This document shows positions 29,517 through 41,340 of a stretch of DNA of 64,000 nt, piece by piece. Made by a program: the position numbers and the translations under genes. The number at the start of each line of letters is the position of its first letter. Within the stretch, counting starts at the first letter, position 1. The notes beneath the pieces were generated by a model. It was not told where the DNA came from. It saw only the letters and a list, made by a program, of their open reading frames with translations, and searched no databases. Where the stretch lies: contig CAWFKH010000003.1 of assembly GCA_963816355.1 (NCBI GenBank), positions 640,001 through 704,000 of the forward strand, read 5' to 3'. This DNA is from an uncultured Gemmatimonadales bacterium. GTDB taxonomy: Bacteria > Gemmatimonadota > Gemmatimonadetes > Longimicrobiales > RSA9.

Positions 29517-31192
29517 ACGCGCCGCTCGCGGCGCCGGCGCGCGTCGCCGCCCCGCCCGCCGCCGGCACCGCGCCGGCCGGCCGCGAAGGGGAGGGGCGCC
29601 CGCGCCGCGCCCGCGCCGCCGCGGCGGTCGGCGGCGCCGTCGCCCTCGCCTGGCTCGCGCTGCTGCCGTGGCCGCCCTACCGCGTCGGCTCCTACGGCGA
29701 CGACGCCGTCTACGTCGCGCTCGGCCGCGCGCTCGCGAGCGGGCTCGGCTACCGCGAGATCTTCACGGTCGGCCTGCCCGCGCACGCGAAGTACCCGCCC
29801 GGCCTGCCCGCGCTCCTCGCCGGCCTGTGGCTGATCTTCGGCCACGTCGATGCCGTCGCGCTCGCCGCGCGCGTGGTGAACGCGGCGGCGGTCGGGCTCG
29901 CCGCCGGCTGCCTCTGGTGGTACGGCCGCGCTGTGCTGCGCCTGACGCGCGCCTCCCTCGCCGCCTTCGCGCTCGCGCCGCTCTTCCTCGACGCGACCCT
30001 GCAGTACGGCGGGCTGCCGCTCTCGGAGCCGTACATGCTCGCCGGCTGGTGCGTCGCGCTCGTCCTCTTCGTGCGCATCGCCGGCGCGCCCGCCGGCGCC
30101 TCGGCGGGAACCGGCCTCGCGCTCATCCTGGGCCTGCTGCTCGGCCTCACCTCGCTCTTCCGCACCCAGGCCATCGCGCTCGTCCCGGGCTTCCTCCTCG
30201 CCATGCTCCTCGCCCGGCACCCGCCGCGCCGCGTCCTCGCCGCCGCCGCCGGCGCCGCCCTGCCGATCTTCGGCTGGAGCGCCGGCCGCGCCCTGATCCT
30301 CGGCGCCGGGCCCGCGCCCGCGCCGCACGAGCTCGGCTACGTCGATGACCTGTTCGCCGGCGGCGTCCACACCGCCGCCGCGTTCGCCGGCCGCCGCGCG
30401 ATCCTCGACGCGCGCAGCTATCTCGGCTGGTTCGCGCCCTACTTCGCGGGATCCGAGCTCCTGGGCCGCGTCGCCGTCGGCAGCCTGCTCGCGCTCGCGG
30501 TCTTCGGAGGGATCCGGCTGGCCCGGCGGCGGCCCGAGCTGGTCGTTCCGGTGCTCGCCGCGATCGCGCTGCTGCTGATCTGGCCGTACGTGAGCGACCG
30601 CTTCATGCTCCCCGTGCTGCCGTTCCTCGGCCTCATGGCGGCGCGCCGCTTCGACCTCGAGCTGGCGCGCGTGCCGCGCCGCCGCATCGCCGCCGCGCTC
30701 GCCGTGCTCGCCGTCGCCGTCGCCGCCGTCGGCGCGCGCCAGGTGCAGCTCCGCCGCGCGGGCGGCCGCGTCGCCCTCTCCGACCGCGGCTGGGCGTTCT
30801 CCGCACCCGCGTTCCTGCTGCCGTGGACCGACCTGCTGCTCGAGCGCGTCGTGGCGCTCGTGCGCGACAATGCGCGCCCGGCCGACCGCGTCCTCGTCGA
30901 CCGCCCCGCCGCCGTCTGGCTCTACACCGGCGTGCCCACCGTGCCGCCGGACGCCGGCGAGCCGCGGCCGCTGCCGCCCGGCCTCTTCCTGGCCCGCCGC
31001 ATCCGCGACGACGGCGTCACGCTCGTCGTGATCGGCAGCCCCACCTTCCGCAGCGCCGCCGACGTCGCCACGCTGCTCGCGCGCTGTCCGGGCACGCTGC
31101 GGCCGCTGGGCGCAGCCGGCGGCGTCTATCCGCGCGCTTACCGGGTTGAGGCGGGCCGCCCCTGCGCAATCGCCGCCGAGGAGGGAAATTGA
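29513..31192 (+). CDS. GT-C-like membrane glycosyltransferase, family B copy 2
   Basis: GSYGDDAVYVALG, YPPGLP, LSEPY, FRTQA; GTGA overlap defines the start at 29513. Confidence 0.75.
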   Translation: MNAPLAAPARVAAPPAAGTAPAGREGEGRPRRARAAAAVGGAVALAWLALLPWPPYRVGSYGDDAVYVALGRALASGLGYREIFTVGLPAHAKYPPGLPALLAGLWLIFGHVDAVALAARVVNAAAVGLAAGCLWWYGRAVLRLTRASLAAFALAPLFLDATLQYGGLPLSEPYMLAGWCVALVLFVRIAGAPAGASAGTGLALILGLLLGLTSLFRTQAIALVPGFLLAMLLARHPPRRVLAAAAGAALPIFGWSAGRALILGAGPAPAPHELGYVDDLFAGGVHTAAAFAGRRAILDARSYLGWFAPYFAGSELLGRVAVGSLLALAVFGGIRLARRRPELVVPVLAAIALLLIWPYVSDRFMLPVLPFLGLMAARRFDLELARVPRRRIAAALAVLAVAVAAVGARQVQLRRAGGRVALSDRGWAFSAPAFLLPWTDLLLERVVALVRDNARPADRVLVDRPAAVWLYTGVPTVPPDAGEPRPLPPGLFLARRIRDDGVTLVVIGSPTFRSAADVATLLARCPGTLRPLGAAGGVYPRAYRVEAGRPCAIAAEEGN

Positions 31193-32235
31193 GCGCCACC
31201 GAGCGCACGCTGTCCGTCGTCGTCCCCTGCTTCGACGAGAAGGAGAACCTCGAAGAGCTGACGGGGCGCCTGCTGACGGTCCTGCGAGCACTGCCGGTGA
31301 GTGGCTACGAGGTGGTCTTCGTCGACGACGGGAGCCGCGATGGCTCCGGGGTGCTGCTCGACCGGCTGAGTGCGGAGGAGATGGGTGTGCGGACGCTTCA
31401 TCTCTCCCGCAACTTCGGGCACCAGGCCGCGCTCTCGGCTGGCCTCGAAGCTGCTTCCGGCGACGCCGTCGTGCTGATGGATGCGGACCTGCAGGACCCC
31501 CCGGAACTGATCGAGCGATTCGTACAGGAGTGGGTCATCGGGAACGAGGTGGTCTATGCCATCCGCCGCTCGCGCCGCGAGGGGGCGCTACGCCGCCTCA
31601 CTTACGCGCTCTTCTACCGGTCCTTTCGGCTCATGGCGGAGCTCGACGTCCCGCTCGACGCCGGGGACTTCTGCTTGCTCGACCGCCGTGTGGTCGACGC
31701 GATCCTGACCTTGCCGGAGCGCAACCGCTTCCTGCGCGGTCTCCGATCTTGGGTCGGCTTCCGCCAGGTCGGCGTGCCCTTCGACCGAGACGCCCGTCAC
31801 GGTGGACAGGCGAAGTACACGACGCGGAAGCTGATCCGCCTCGCGCTCTCCGGATACATCGGCTTCTCCTCCATGCCGCTGCGGGTCGGGGGCGTCGTCG
31901 GGGCCCTCGCGCTTCTCGCCAGCGTAGGTCTCGGGATCTGGGCGCTCGTCTCCAAGTTCACCACCACCGCCGTTCCCCCCGGCTGGACCAGCACCGTGGG
32001 CGTGATCCTCCTGATGGGAGGCGCGCAACTGCTCGTCCTCGCCATCATGAGCGAGTATCTGGCGCGCGTCTACGACGAGGTCCGCAGACGGCCGATCTTC
32101 CTGATTCGCGAGCGCGTGGGTTTCGACCGTCCGCCGGGGCAAACCGCGCCCGCGGCGGAGCCGACGCCGCCCTCCGCGGCCGGCCCGGCGGCCTCCGACG
32201 ATTCCGCGCCGCCCGCGGCGCCGGCCGATGTGTGA
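31189..32235 (+). CDS. GT2 polyprenol-phosphate glycosyltransferase (GtrB/ArnC/YkcC-like)
   Basis: VVVPCFDE, VDDGSRD, LSRNFGHQAA, MDADLQDPPE, GDF, PERNRFLRG, two C-terminal TMs, EVRRRP. Confidence 0.92.
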   Translation: MSATERTLSVVVPCFDEKENLEELTGRLLTVLRALPVSGYEVVFVDDGSRDGSGVLLDRLSAEEMGVRTLHLSRNFGHQAALSAGLEAASGDAVVLMDADLQDPPELIERFVQEWVIGNEVVYAIRRSRREGALRRLTYALFYRSFRLMAELDVPLDAGDFCLLDRRVVDAILTLPERNRFLRGLRSWVGFRQVGVPFDRDARHGGQAKYTTRKLIRLALSGYIGFSSMPLRVGGVVGALALLASVGLGIWALVSKFTTTAVPPGWTSTVGVILLMGGAQLLVLAIMSEYLARVYDEVRRRPIFLIRERVGFDRPPGQTAPAAEPTPPSAAGPAASDDSAPPAAPADV

Positions 32236-33865
32236 GACGGCCGCGCCGCCGGCTCCACGCCACCGCGTAGCCGCTCCCTCGGCCGTCGAGCGCGCGCTCG
32301 GCTTTCCGCTCCGCGACGACCGTGCTTTCCTGCTCCTCTTCGCCGCGCTCGCCCTGCTCGCCGCGATACCGCCGCTGGTCCGCCCGATCAACCTCGACGC
32401 CGGATGGTTCCTCTACCTGGCTCGACGGTGGCTCGGCGGTGCCCGCCTCTATGTCGACTACATCGATCCGAACCCGCCGCTCGTCGTCTTCCTGAGCGCC
32501 CCCGCGGCGCTCCTGGACGGCCTCTTCGGCGTCTCCGCCGCGGGCTGGTTCGACGCGGCCGTCGCCGTCGCGGCGCTTCTCTCCGCAGCGACGGCGACGG
32601 CGCTCCTGCGGCGCCTCCTCGAGCGGAAGAGCGAGGCGCGCTTCCTGGGTCTTCTTGCGCTCTTCCTCCTGCTCGCGCTGCCGCAGGGCGACTTCGGCCA
32701 GCGCGAGCACCTGATGTTCCTCGCCGTGCTGCCCTATCTGGTCCTTGCCGCCGGCCGCGCCGGCGGCCCTGCGCGCATCGGCGTCCGCACGACCTGGCTC
32801 GCCGCGATCGGCGCGGTCGCAGGCGTGGGGTTCGCCCTGAAGCCGCACTTCCTGCCGGCGCTGCTCCTGGTGGAGCTGTACGTGGCCGCCGTGCATCGCT
32901 CGCGCCGCGCCTGGCGTCGACCGGAGACGTTCGCCGCGCTCGCGGCTATGATGCTCTACGGCCTGGCCGCGCTGCCGCTCGTCCCCCGCTACCTGCACCT
33001 CGTGCGCACCCTCTTTGGCCCCGGGTACCTGCACTTCCACGCCGTGCCCGCCGCTGACATCCTGCGCACCGGCCGCATGACGTTCTTCGCCGCTGCGGCC
33101 GTCGCGTGGCTGGCGCTGCGGCCCGGGGGAGCGCTGCGCCGCACCGGCGACGTGCTCTTCCTGGCCCTAGTCGCCTTCGCCGCCTCCGTCCTGCTCCAGG
33201 GCAAGGGCTTCAGCTACCACTGGTATCCTGCCCTGGCCACCGCGGTCCTGCTTTCCGCCGTCGTGCTGCTTCAGGCGATGCGCCGCGTCGCCGCCATGCC
33301 CGCTCCGCTCCGTCTCGTCGCTCCCGCGGCCACGCTCGCCCTCACGTTCCTCACGCTCCTCTTCGCCCTGAGCCTCGCCCGCGCCGCCTTCCATCCACCG
33401 AGCCCGCGCGAGCGCGATGCGGCTCGTATGCTCGACATCGTCCGCGAGCGTGCGTACGCCGGTCGCGTCCTCTTCCTCTCCACCCGCATGCAGGACGCCT
33501 TTCCTCTCCTCGTCTACACGGACGCCACGCTCGCCGGGCCGCTCCCGCACCTGTGGCCCGTCGCCGTCTCGCTCACACCCGATGTCGCCCCTGCCGCCGC
33601 CGGCCGCATGGACGCCTACGTCCTCGACGTCGTCGGCGCCGCCGTCGCCGCCGCTCCTCCGGACCTGATCGTCGTCGACACCTCGCCGGTCCTCCTGGCG
33701 GGCGGCGGCACGCGCCGCGTCGACATGCTGCGCTACTTCGCGCGCGACGCCCGCTTCCGCGCCGCCCTCGGCCGCTACCGGCGCCTCGCGACGGTGGGGC
33801 ACGACGTCCTCTACCGCCGCGTGGCCGCCGCCGACGCGCTTGTCACGCCGCCCGCGCGGCGCTAG
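32228..33865 (+). CDS. GT-C-like membrane protein, family C copy 1
   Basis: NLD...LYVDYIDPNPPL, FGQREHL, LKPHF, QGKGFSYH; polytopic. Confidence 0.72.
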   Translation: MCETAAPPAPRHRVAAPSAVERALGFPLRDDRAFLLLFAALALLAAIPPLVRPINLDAGWFLYLARRWLGGARLYVDYIDPNPPLVVFLSAPAALLDGLFGVSAAGWFDAAVAVAALLSAATATALLRRLLERKSEARFLGLLALFLLLALPQGDFGQREHLMFLAVLPYLVLAAGRAGGPARIGVRTTWLAAIGAVAGVGFALKPHFLPALLLVELYVAAVHRSRRAWRRPETFAALAAMMLYGLAALPLVPRYLHLVRTLFGPGYLHFHAVPAADILRTGRMTFFAAAAVAWLALRPGGALRRTGDVLFLALVAFAASVLLQGKGFSYHWYPALATAVLLSAVVLLQAMRRVAAMPAPLRLVAPAATLALTFLTLLFALSLARAAFHPPSPRERDAARMLDIVRERAYAGRVLFLSTRMQDAFPLLVYTDATLAGPLPHLWPVAVSLTPDVAPAAAGRMDAYVLDVVGAAVAAAPPDLIVVDTSPVLLAGGGTRRVDMLRYFARDARFRAALGRYRRLATVGHDVLYRRVAAADALVTPPARR

Positions 33866-33986
33866 CTTGACTGGAGTTTCCCCGCCTGTTCAGTCCATCC
33901 CCCGGTGACAGATTCCGACCGCGCGGTCGGCGCGCTCGCGCGCGCCGCCGGCCGCCGGCCACGCGCACACACATGCGGATCCGTTC

Positions 33987-34916
33987 GTGAGCCTTCTCGC
34001 CGACATCGTCGCCCAGCTCGCGCCGCTCCAGAACCCGGACGGGGGATGGGGCGCCGCGGCCGCGCACCCGAGCAACCCGGAGGCGACCGCGCTCGCCGCC
34101 CGCGCGCTCGCCGCGGCGGCGGCCGCGCACGGCGACGCCGCGCGCGACGACGGCGCGGCCGCGCTCGCCTGGCTGCGCGCCGCCCGCGCGCCCGACGGCA
34201 CCTACCCGTTCCTCGCGGACGCGCCGGCCGCGGTGTGGCCGACCGCGGTGGTCGCGTGGTCGCTCGCGGGCGTGCCGGCGGCGCGCGCGGAGGCGGTGCG
34301 CGCCGGGCGGGCGCTGCTCGGCGTCGAGGGTCGCGGCAACGTCTGGTGGGTGCGCCTGCTCGGGCGGCTCTACCCGGAGCAGAAGGAAGCCGCGTTCGAG
34401 ACGGACCTCGATCTCACCGGCTGGCCGTGGGTGCGCGACACCGCGAGCTGGGTCGAGCCCACCGCGTGGGCGGTGCTCGCGCTGCGCGCCCTGCGCGAGG
34501 ACCTGCCGCGCCACGCCGTCGACCACCGCCTCGGCCTCGCGGACGCGATGTTCCGCGACCGCGCCTGCCCCGGCGGCGGCTGGAACTACGGCAACGGGCG
34601 CGCGCTCGGCCAGGACCTGCGGCCGTACCCGGACACGACGGCGCTCGCGCTGCTCGCGCTGCGCCCCGCGCACCCGTCGCCGGAAACCGAGGCCGGCCTC
34701 GCCGCGCTCGACCGCATGCTCGAGACGAACCACTCCTCGCTCGCGGCCGCGCTCGCCTCGCTCTGCCGCGCCGCCTACGGCCTCGACGCCGCGCCGCTCG
34801 CCGCGCGCCTCGACGCCGCCTTCGCGCGCAACCGCTTCCGCGGCGACGTCCGCACCCTCGCGCTCGCCGCCATCGCGCTCGCCGGCGCGCCCGCCGCCGC
34901 CCGCTCCGCCGCCTGA
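33987..34916 (+). CDS. Prenyltransferase/squalene-cyclase repeat protein
   Basis: [38 protein letters not shown] (QW-type alpha/alpha barrel repeats). Confidence 0.8.
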   Translation: MSLLADIVAQLAPLQNPDGGWGAAAAHPSNPEATALAARALAAAAAAHGDAARDDGAAALAWLRAARAPDGTYPFLADAPAAVWPTAVVAWSLAGVPAARAEAVRAGRALLGVEGRGNVWWVRLLGRLYPEQKEAAFETDLDLTGWPWVRDTASWVEPTAWAVLALRALREDLPRHAVDHRLGLADAMFRDRACPGGGWNYGNGRALGQDLRPYPDTTALALLALRPAHPSPETEAGLAALDRMLETNHSSLAAALASLCRAAYGLDAAPLAARLDAAFARNRFRGDVRTLALAAIALAGAPAAARSAA

Positions 34917-35932
34917 TGCAGCGCCGCGACTTCCTCAGGACGGTCGCCGCCGCCGGCGCCGCGGGCGCCGTTCCGCTGCTGGCGCGCTGCGCCGATCCGC
35001 CGCCCACGTGGGACCGCGACGCCTACGCGAAGCCCGCCGCGTCCCGCGTCGCGCTTCTCGCCGCCGCCGACTACGGCCCCGGCCTCGCCGGCACCGTGCG
35101 CGACGGGCTCCGCCTCGTCGGCGCCGACGTGCGCGGCCGCCGCGTCGTCCTCAAGCCGAACCTCGTCGAGTTCGACCCCGACGGCGCCATCAACACGCAC
35201 CCGGCGCTGATCGCCGCCGCCGTCGAGGCGTTCCGCTCGCTCGGCGCCGCCGCCGTCACGGTGGCCGAGGGGCCCGGCCACCGCCGCGACAACGACTACC
35301 TCCTCGCCGCGTCCGGCCTGGACGACGCGCTCACCGAAGCCGGCGCCCGCTACGTCGACCTCAACCTCGACCCCACGCGCCCCGTGCGCGCCCGCAGCGA
35401 CTTCACCTCGCTGGGCCGCCTGCACCTGCCCGCGACCGTGCTCGACGCGGACCTCTTCGTCTCCATGCCCAAACTCAAGACCCACCACTGGGCCGGCGTC
35501 ACGCTGTCGATGAAGAACCTCTTCGGCATCATGCCCGGCGGCGTCTACGGCTGGCCGAAGAACGTGCTCCACTGGGCCGGCATCGACGGCAGCATCGTCG
35601 ACATCAACGCCGCGCTCCGCGTGCCCCGCCTCGCCATCGTCGACGCCATCGTCGGCATGGAGGGCAACGGCCCCATCCAGGGCACGCCGCGCCGCACCGG
35701 CGCGCTCCTCTTCGGCGCCGACCCCGTCGCCGTCGACGCCACCGCCGCGCGCCTCATGATGATCGACCCGGAGAAGGTCCCCTCCATCGCGAACGCCGGG
35801 CGGTTCCTCGGCAACCTCGAGGAGGAGCGCATCACGCACATCGGCGAGGACCCCGGCCGCTTCGCCCAGGACTACGCCGTCCTCGACCGCTTCCGCCACC
35901 TCAAGGCGGCACCGCTCGCGAGCGCCGGATGA
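34916..35932 (+). CDS. DUF362-family protein with twin-arginine signal
   Basis: [57 protein letters not shown] coupling to the upstream gene. Confidence 0.85.
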   Translation: MQRRDFLRTVAAAGAAGAVPLLARCADPPPTWDRDAYAKPAASRVALLAAADYGPGLAGTVRDGLRLVGADVRGRRVVLKPNLVEFDPDGAINTHPALIAAAVEAFRSLGAAAVTVAEGPGHRRDNDYLLAASGLDDALTEAGARYVDLNLDPTRPVRARSDFTSLGRLHLPATVLDADLFVSMPKLKTHHWAGVTLSMKNLFGIMPGGVYGWPKNVLHWAGIDGSIVDINAALRVPRLAIVDAIVGMEGNGPIQGTPRRTGALLFGADPVAVDATAARLMMIDPEKVPSIANAGRFLGNLEEERITHIGEDPGRFAQDYAVLDRFRHLKAAPLASAG

Positions 35933-37614
35933 CGGAACCCCTCGATCCGTACGGGATGCCTCGCGCGACGGCGCGCGACCGCCGCGTCGCCGTCATCGCC
36001 GGCGCCGGCCCCGCCGGCCTCACCGCCGCCTACGAGCTGCTCCGGCGCACGGACGTGCACCCCATCGTGCTCGAGGCGTCGGACGCGATCGGCGGCATCG
36101 CCCGCACCTACGAGTACAGGGGCAACCGCATCGACATCGGCGGCCACCGCTTCTTCTCGAAGAGCCGCCGCGTCATGGAGTGGTGGTTCAACATCCTGCC
36201 CCTGCAGGGCGCGCCCGCCCGCGACGAGCGCGCGAAGGGGATCGTCGTCGACTACGCGAAGGAGGCCGTCCAGCGGCCGCTGCGCGCCCCGAGCGGCAAC
36301 GGCCACGGCGCCTCGGACGCCGTAGTGCGGCGCCCCGCGCCGGACCCGGAGCTCGAGGACGAGGTCATGCTGCAGCGGCCGCGCCTCTCGCGCATCTTCT
36401 ACCGCCGCCAGTTCTTCCCCTATCCGATCGGCATCACCTTCGGCGTGGCGCTGCCGCCTCGGCCTCGCTCAACACCGCCCTCATCGGCCTCAGCTACATC
36501 AAGGCGCGGCTGCTGCCGATCCGCGACGAGGAGTTCCTCGACGCGTTCTTCATCAACCGCTTCGGCCGCCGCCTCTACGAGACCTTCTTCCGCGAGTACA
36601 CGGAGAAGGTCTGGGGCGTCCCGTGCTCCGAGATCAAGGCCGACTGGGGCGCCCAGCGCGTCAAGGGCCTCTCCCTGATCCGCGCGCTCCGCCAGGCGCT
36701 CCAGCGACCTCGTCACCTCCGACGCGCAGAAGGCGCGCGAGCAGCGCGAGACCTCGCTCATCACCCGCTTCTACTACCCGAAGTACGGGCCCGGCCAGAT
36801 GTGGGAGACCGTCGCGCGCCAGGTCGAGGCGTGCGGCGGCGAGGTGCGCATGCGGCAGCGCGTGGTGGGGATCGACGTCGAGGACGGGCGCGTCGTCGCC
36901 GTGCGCGTCCGCGACGAGCAGGGCGGCGAAGCGTACCGCCTGCCGTGCGACTACTTCTTCTCCACCATGCCGGTGCGCGAGCTGGTGCGCGGCGTCCGCC
37001 CCGCGCCGCCGGCGAACGTCCGCGAGGTGGCGGAGGGCCTCGTCTACCGCGACTTCCTCACCGTCGGCCTGCTGCTGCGCCGGCTGCACGTGCGCACGAA
37101 GGGCGCGCCGCCCGCCGAGCGCGTCCCCGACAACTGGATCTACGTCCAGGAGGGCGACGTCCGCGTCGGCCGCATCCAGGTCTTCAACAACTGGAGCCCC
37201 TACATGGTGGCCGACCCCGACAACACCGTCTGGATCGGCCTCGAGTACTTCCTCGACGAGGGCGACGACCTCTGGCGCATGGCCGACGACGAGCTCGTCC
37301 GCCTCGGCGTCGAGGAGATGGAGCAGATCGGCTTCATCCGCGCCGAGGACGTCCTCGACGGCTGCGTGCTGCGCATGCCCAAGGCGTACCCCGCCTATTT
37401 CGGCACCTTCGAGCGCATGGACGAGGTCCGCGACTGGTCCCGCTCCATCCCGAACCTCTTCCTCGTCGGCCGCAACGGCATGCACCGCTACAACAACCAG
37501 GACCACAGCATGCTGACCGCCATGGTCGCCGTCGACGGCATCGAGAAGCAGACCGCCGAGGACGTCTGGGGCGTCAACGTCGAGATGGCGTACCACGAGG
37601 AGGTGGAGGCGTGA
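35929..37614 (+). CDS. FAD-dependent oxidoreductase, UDP-galactopyranose-mutase/HemY-like family (frameshifts near 36455-36470 and 36701)
   Basis: [58 protein letters not shown], split across frames. Confidence 0.82.
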
Positions 37615-38629
37615 GAAAGCTCATCATCCAGATCCCGTGCTACAACGAGAGGGAGATGCTGCCCCAGACGCTCGCGGATCTCCCCCGCGAGGTGGCGGGA
37701 TTCGACGTCGTGGAGTGGCTCGTCGTCGATGATGGAAGCGATGACGGCACGGCGGAAATAGCTGCGAGCTCGGGGTAGACCATGTCGTCCGGCTTGGAAC
37801 GCATCGCGGATTGGCGGAGGCCTTTTCTCGAGGGCTTGAGGCGTGCTTGGATGCGGGCGCGGACGTGATCGTGAACACTGATGGCGATAATCAGTACTGC
37901 GGAGATGATATCCCCTTGTTGATAGCCCCCATCATCGACGGGAAATGCCGATATCGTGGTTGGGGCCCGACCGATCCGCTCTACGCCCTCCTTCGGGCCT
38001 ATCAAGAAGATCCTCCAACGTCTCGGAAGCCGCATCGTCGCTATGCTCAGCGGGACTACAATCGCGGATGCGCCGAGCGGCTTCCGCGCAATCAGCCGCC
38101 GAGCGGTGCGCGTAAGCTCAAGGTGTTCAACGAATTCAGCTACACACTGGAAACCATTATTCAAGCGGGAATGAAGGGGATGTCCATCGTCTCCGTACCG
38201 ATTCGCATGAACGGCGCTCGCCGCGATTCGCGGCTTTCCCGATCGAGCGCATCCTACGTTTGGAAGCAAGGCATCACGATCGTGCGCATTTTCATGACCT
38301 ACCGCTCATTCTGGTTTTTCGCCGCTCCCGGCACCATCATGTTCACATTCGGCCTCGCTCTGGCCTCGAGGTATCTCGCCTACTTTCTTGCAGGGAGGGG
38401 CGCGGGGCACGTCCAGTCCGTCATCCTCGCCGCACTCCTTCTCGGCTCGGGCATTACCCTGATCCTTGTTGGACTCCTGGCGGATTTGATCTCAGTCAAT
38501 CGCAAGCTGCTGGAGCATGTCGACGATAGAATCCACCGCTTGGACGATGCGTTAACCGTCGCACTCCGCGCGCCAGAAGAAAACGGAGTCGCTCCGGCGG
38601 AGATCATCGCGACTCGAGGGAACACTTGA
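37611..38629 (+). CDS. GT2 glycosyltransferase, DPM1-like with C-terminal TMs (several frameshifts)
   Basis: [43 protein letters not shown], split across frames. Confidence 0.82.
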
Positions 38630-39350
38630 CGAAACCGAGGGAGACCGCCAACGGGGCCAGAAGCCGATCGTGGCTCCGCGACGTGCTTCGACGAGCGGCG
38701 TGGCTCCATAGGCCGTTGCGCTTTCTACAGCGGATCGGGTTTCCAGGCTCGTGGCAGTATTGGGAGCGTCGCTATGCAGCCGGCGGTACGTCGGGTCCCG
38801 GATCGTTGGGCGCCCTCGCTGCGTTCAAATCGGAGGTCCTGAATCAGTTCGCAATGGAGAAGAGAATTCAGTCAGTTCTGGACTTCGGATGTGGCGACGG
38901 AAGACAGGCAGAGGGTTTCGTATTTCCATTCTATGTTGGACTAGATGTTTCAGAAGTCGGCGGTTCACGGATGTCGTGAACGCTTCGGTGCTCAGCCGAA
39001 TCGAGTCTTTTATTGGTACGACGGGCGTGAGTTGCCTATGGAATTGCGGACATACGAGCCCGATTTGTCGTTGTCACTCGATGTGATTTTTCATCCTGGT
39101 TGAGGACACGATTTTCGAGCAATATATGAGAACTCTTTGGCTCAGGTGCGGATTTCGTCGCAATTTACTCGACGACATGGACATTGCCGGACCCTATGCC
39201 GCACGTACGGCATCGGCATTTTACTCGTTGGGTTGCCGAGCTTCAGCCCGAATGGGGCCTGATCGAGCAAGTCCCGAACCCGTACGCTCGCCGCGCCAAA
39301 AGGCGTCACCTGTACCTCCCCGATTTTTTCTTTTATGCCCAGGCGAGTGA
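38626..39350 (+). CDS. Class I SAM-dependent methyltransferase (frameshifted; end approximate)
   Basis: YWERRY...GTSGPGS, VLDFGCGDG, then LSLDVIFH and HVRHRHFT in other frames. Confidence 0.7.
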
Positions 39351-40499
39351 CATATGGCCAGGCGAAGTCGAGTCCGAGCCATCAACGCTTTCTCTTCGTC
39401 ACAAGGAAATACCCTCCTCAAGTCGGGGGGATGGAATTGCTATTGATGAATCTTTACTCCGGCGTCAAGGCGATCCGCCAGGACACTCGATCTCCTCGCA
39501 CTGAAGCGCAGCCAAACGCACCTGCCGTGGTGGCTTCCGTATGCGTTCATTAGGACGGCATGGTTAGTGGTCACACGGAAGGTCGATCATGTCGTAGCAG
39601 GCGATGCGCTAGTCGCCGCCGCGCTTCGACCGCTACTGTCGCTCAAGCGTTTTCGGATGACTGTCATCGTTCATGGGCTAGACCTCACGTTTCCCAATCC
39701 CGTTTATCAGCATGCGCTGTCGTGGGCGCTTCCTCGAGCCGATCTGGTCGTGGCAAACAGCAGAGCTACAGCTCGGGCTGCTGAGGCTGTTGGTGTTTCG
39801 TCTGAGCGACTGACCTTGTTGCCACTCGGCGTTCGCGTCCCGAATAGCTCCATGCTTCATCGGGAGCAGAGCCGTCAACGCCTCCTTTCGCAATGTGCTT
39901 TAGAACCAGATAGTGTCTTGTTTCTGACCATGGGGCGCCTCGTTCGGCGAAAGGGTGTGCACTGGTTTATAGTGAACGTCTTACCGCGGTTGCCAAGGGA
40001 AGTGATCTACCTCGTGGCCGGAGCGGGTCCGGACCGTGACGAGATCGTTGAGGCCTCAAGGCTGGCCGCCGTGACGGACCGGGTACGAATGCTCGGACTC
40101 GTCGGGTTCACTGACCCTCTTCGAGAGGATTTGCTCCAAGGCTGTGATGTGTTCGTTCAGCCGAACATCCCCGTTCCAGGGAATATGGAAGGATTCGGGC
40201 TCGTCTTGGCTGAGGCCTCAGTACGGGGATTGCCTGTCGTGGCCTCTCGCTTGGAGGGAATCAAGGATGCTGTGATTCATGGTGAGACAGGTCTTCTCTG
40301 CTCCAGCCAAGATGCAGATGAGTGGGTCCGCGCGCTGACGCCACTGATCCAAAGCGGTTCCCAGCGTAGCCAGCTCGGAGAGAGCTTCCGCGTAAGCGCA
40401 TTGATGCAAAATTCGTCCGAGCGCATGGTCGAGCTGCTTCGTCTCCTCATTGGAGATCGGTGCTCGGCCGAGATAAATTACCATCCATTACATTCCTGA
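39347..40499 (+). CDS. GT4 (GT-B) glycosyltransferase (frameshift near 39490)
   Basis: LFVTRKYPPQVGGME, VHGLD, GRLVRRKG, EGFGLVLAEA. Confidence 0.85.
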
Positions 40500-40549
40500 G
40501 GGTAATAAGAGCATCTTAGCGATTATCAACGGGCTGCCGAGGACGGGAT

Positions 40550-41092
40550 ATGGGAGCAACAGATGTTAGCCTTGACGCCCTCCGGGCTTTGGCGCACGGC
40601 GTATTCCGCGTCAGGCAATTTCACGATCGCGAACTCAAACGGTTTGGGCGCGGAATGACTGGAAAGAGGATCCTAGAAATAGGTAGTGGCAGACCTGTAA
40701 ATGGTGTGTACAAATATTCAGCCCGCAAGCATTTCCATGAGTCAAATGAATTTGTGGCGTCAGATGTAGTGGCGGCCTATGGACACCACGTCATAGATAT
40801 TACCACTGATAGAATCGATGAGGAATTTGATATAGTTCTGTGTGTGAACGTCCTTGAACATATTGACGCATTCCATACTGCGGTCGATAACATACACAAG
40901 GCGGTGAAGCGTGGGGGTACTGCTATAATCGGCGTGCCAGGATATTATCCTTTGCATGATGAGCCGAAGGATTATTGGCGGTTCACGGAGCACTCGCTAC
41001 GTGAGCTCACAGCCCTCTTCAGCGCCTCTAGAATTGTCCATTCCGGTTTTCGGCGGTACCCGTTTGCCTACTTCGTGGTTGCAACGAAGTAG
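40550..41092 (+). CDS. Class I SAM-dependent methyltransferase
   Basis: ILEIGSG, FDIVLCVNVLEH, PLHDEPKDYWRFT. Confidence 0.85.
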   Translation: MGATDVSLDALRALAHGVFRVRQFHDRELKRFGRGMTGKRILEIGSGRPVNGVYKYSARKHFHESNEFVASDVVAAYGHHVIDITTDRIDEEFDIVLCVNVLEHIDAFHTAVDNIHKAVKRGGTAIIGVPGYYPLHDEPKDYWRFTEHSLRELTALFSASRIVHSGFRRYPFAYFVVATK

Positions 41093-41340
41093 GGGCGGCC
41101 GGCGACTAGGAGTTGAGTGTGCCACAACAGGCGTATGACGCCGGAATCATGGCTGGTGAGTGAAGAATGCGGGACCTGAGAGCGGTCCTGCACAGTCTTT
41201 ATGTGCGCGGCGCGGAGACATTGTCGCAGGTTCACAAACCCAGGCCCGGAGGATGGATAGGCCGGACGGCAGTATTGCTCGCGACGTCGGGTCTGGTCGC
41301 TGCGGACCAGTGGGCCGGATGTGGTCTTGAGTGCGGCGGT

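Noticed and set aside
33987..34916. Squalene-hopene cyclase
   Set aside because: About half the expected length and no DxDD motif seen; only the repeat fold is supported.
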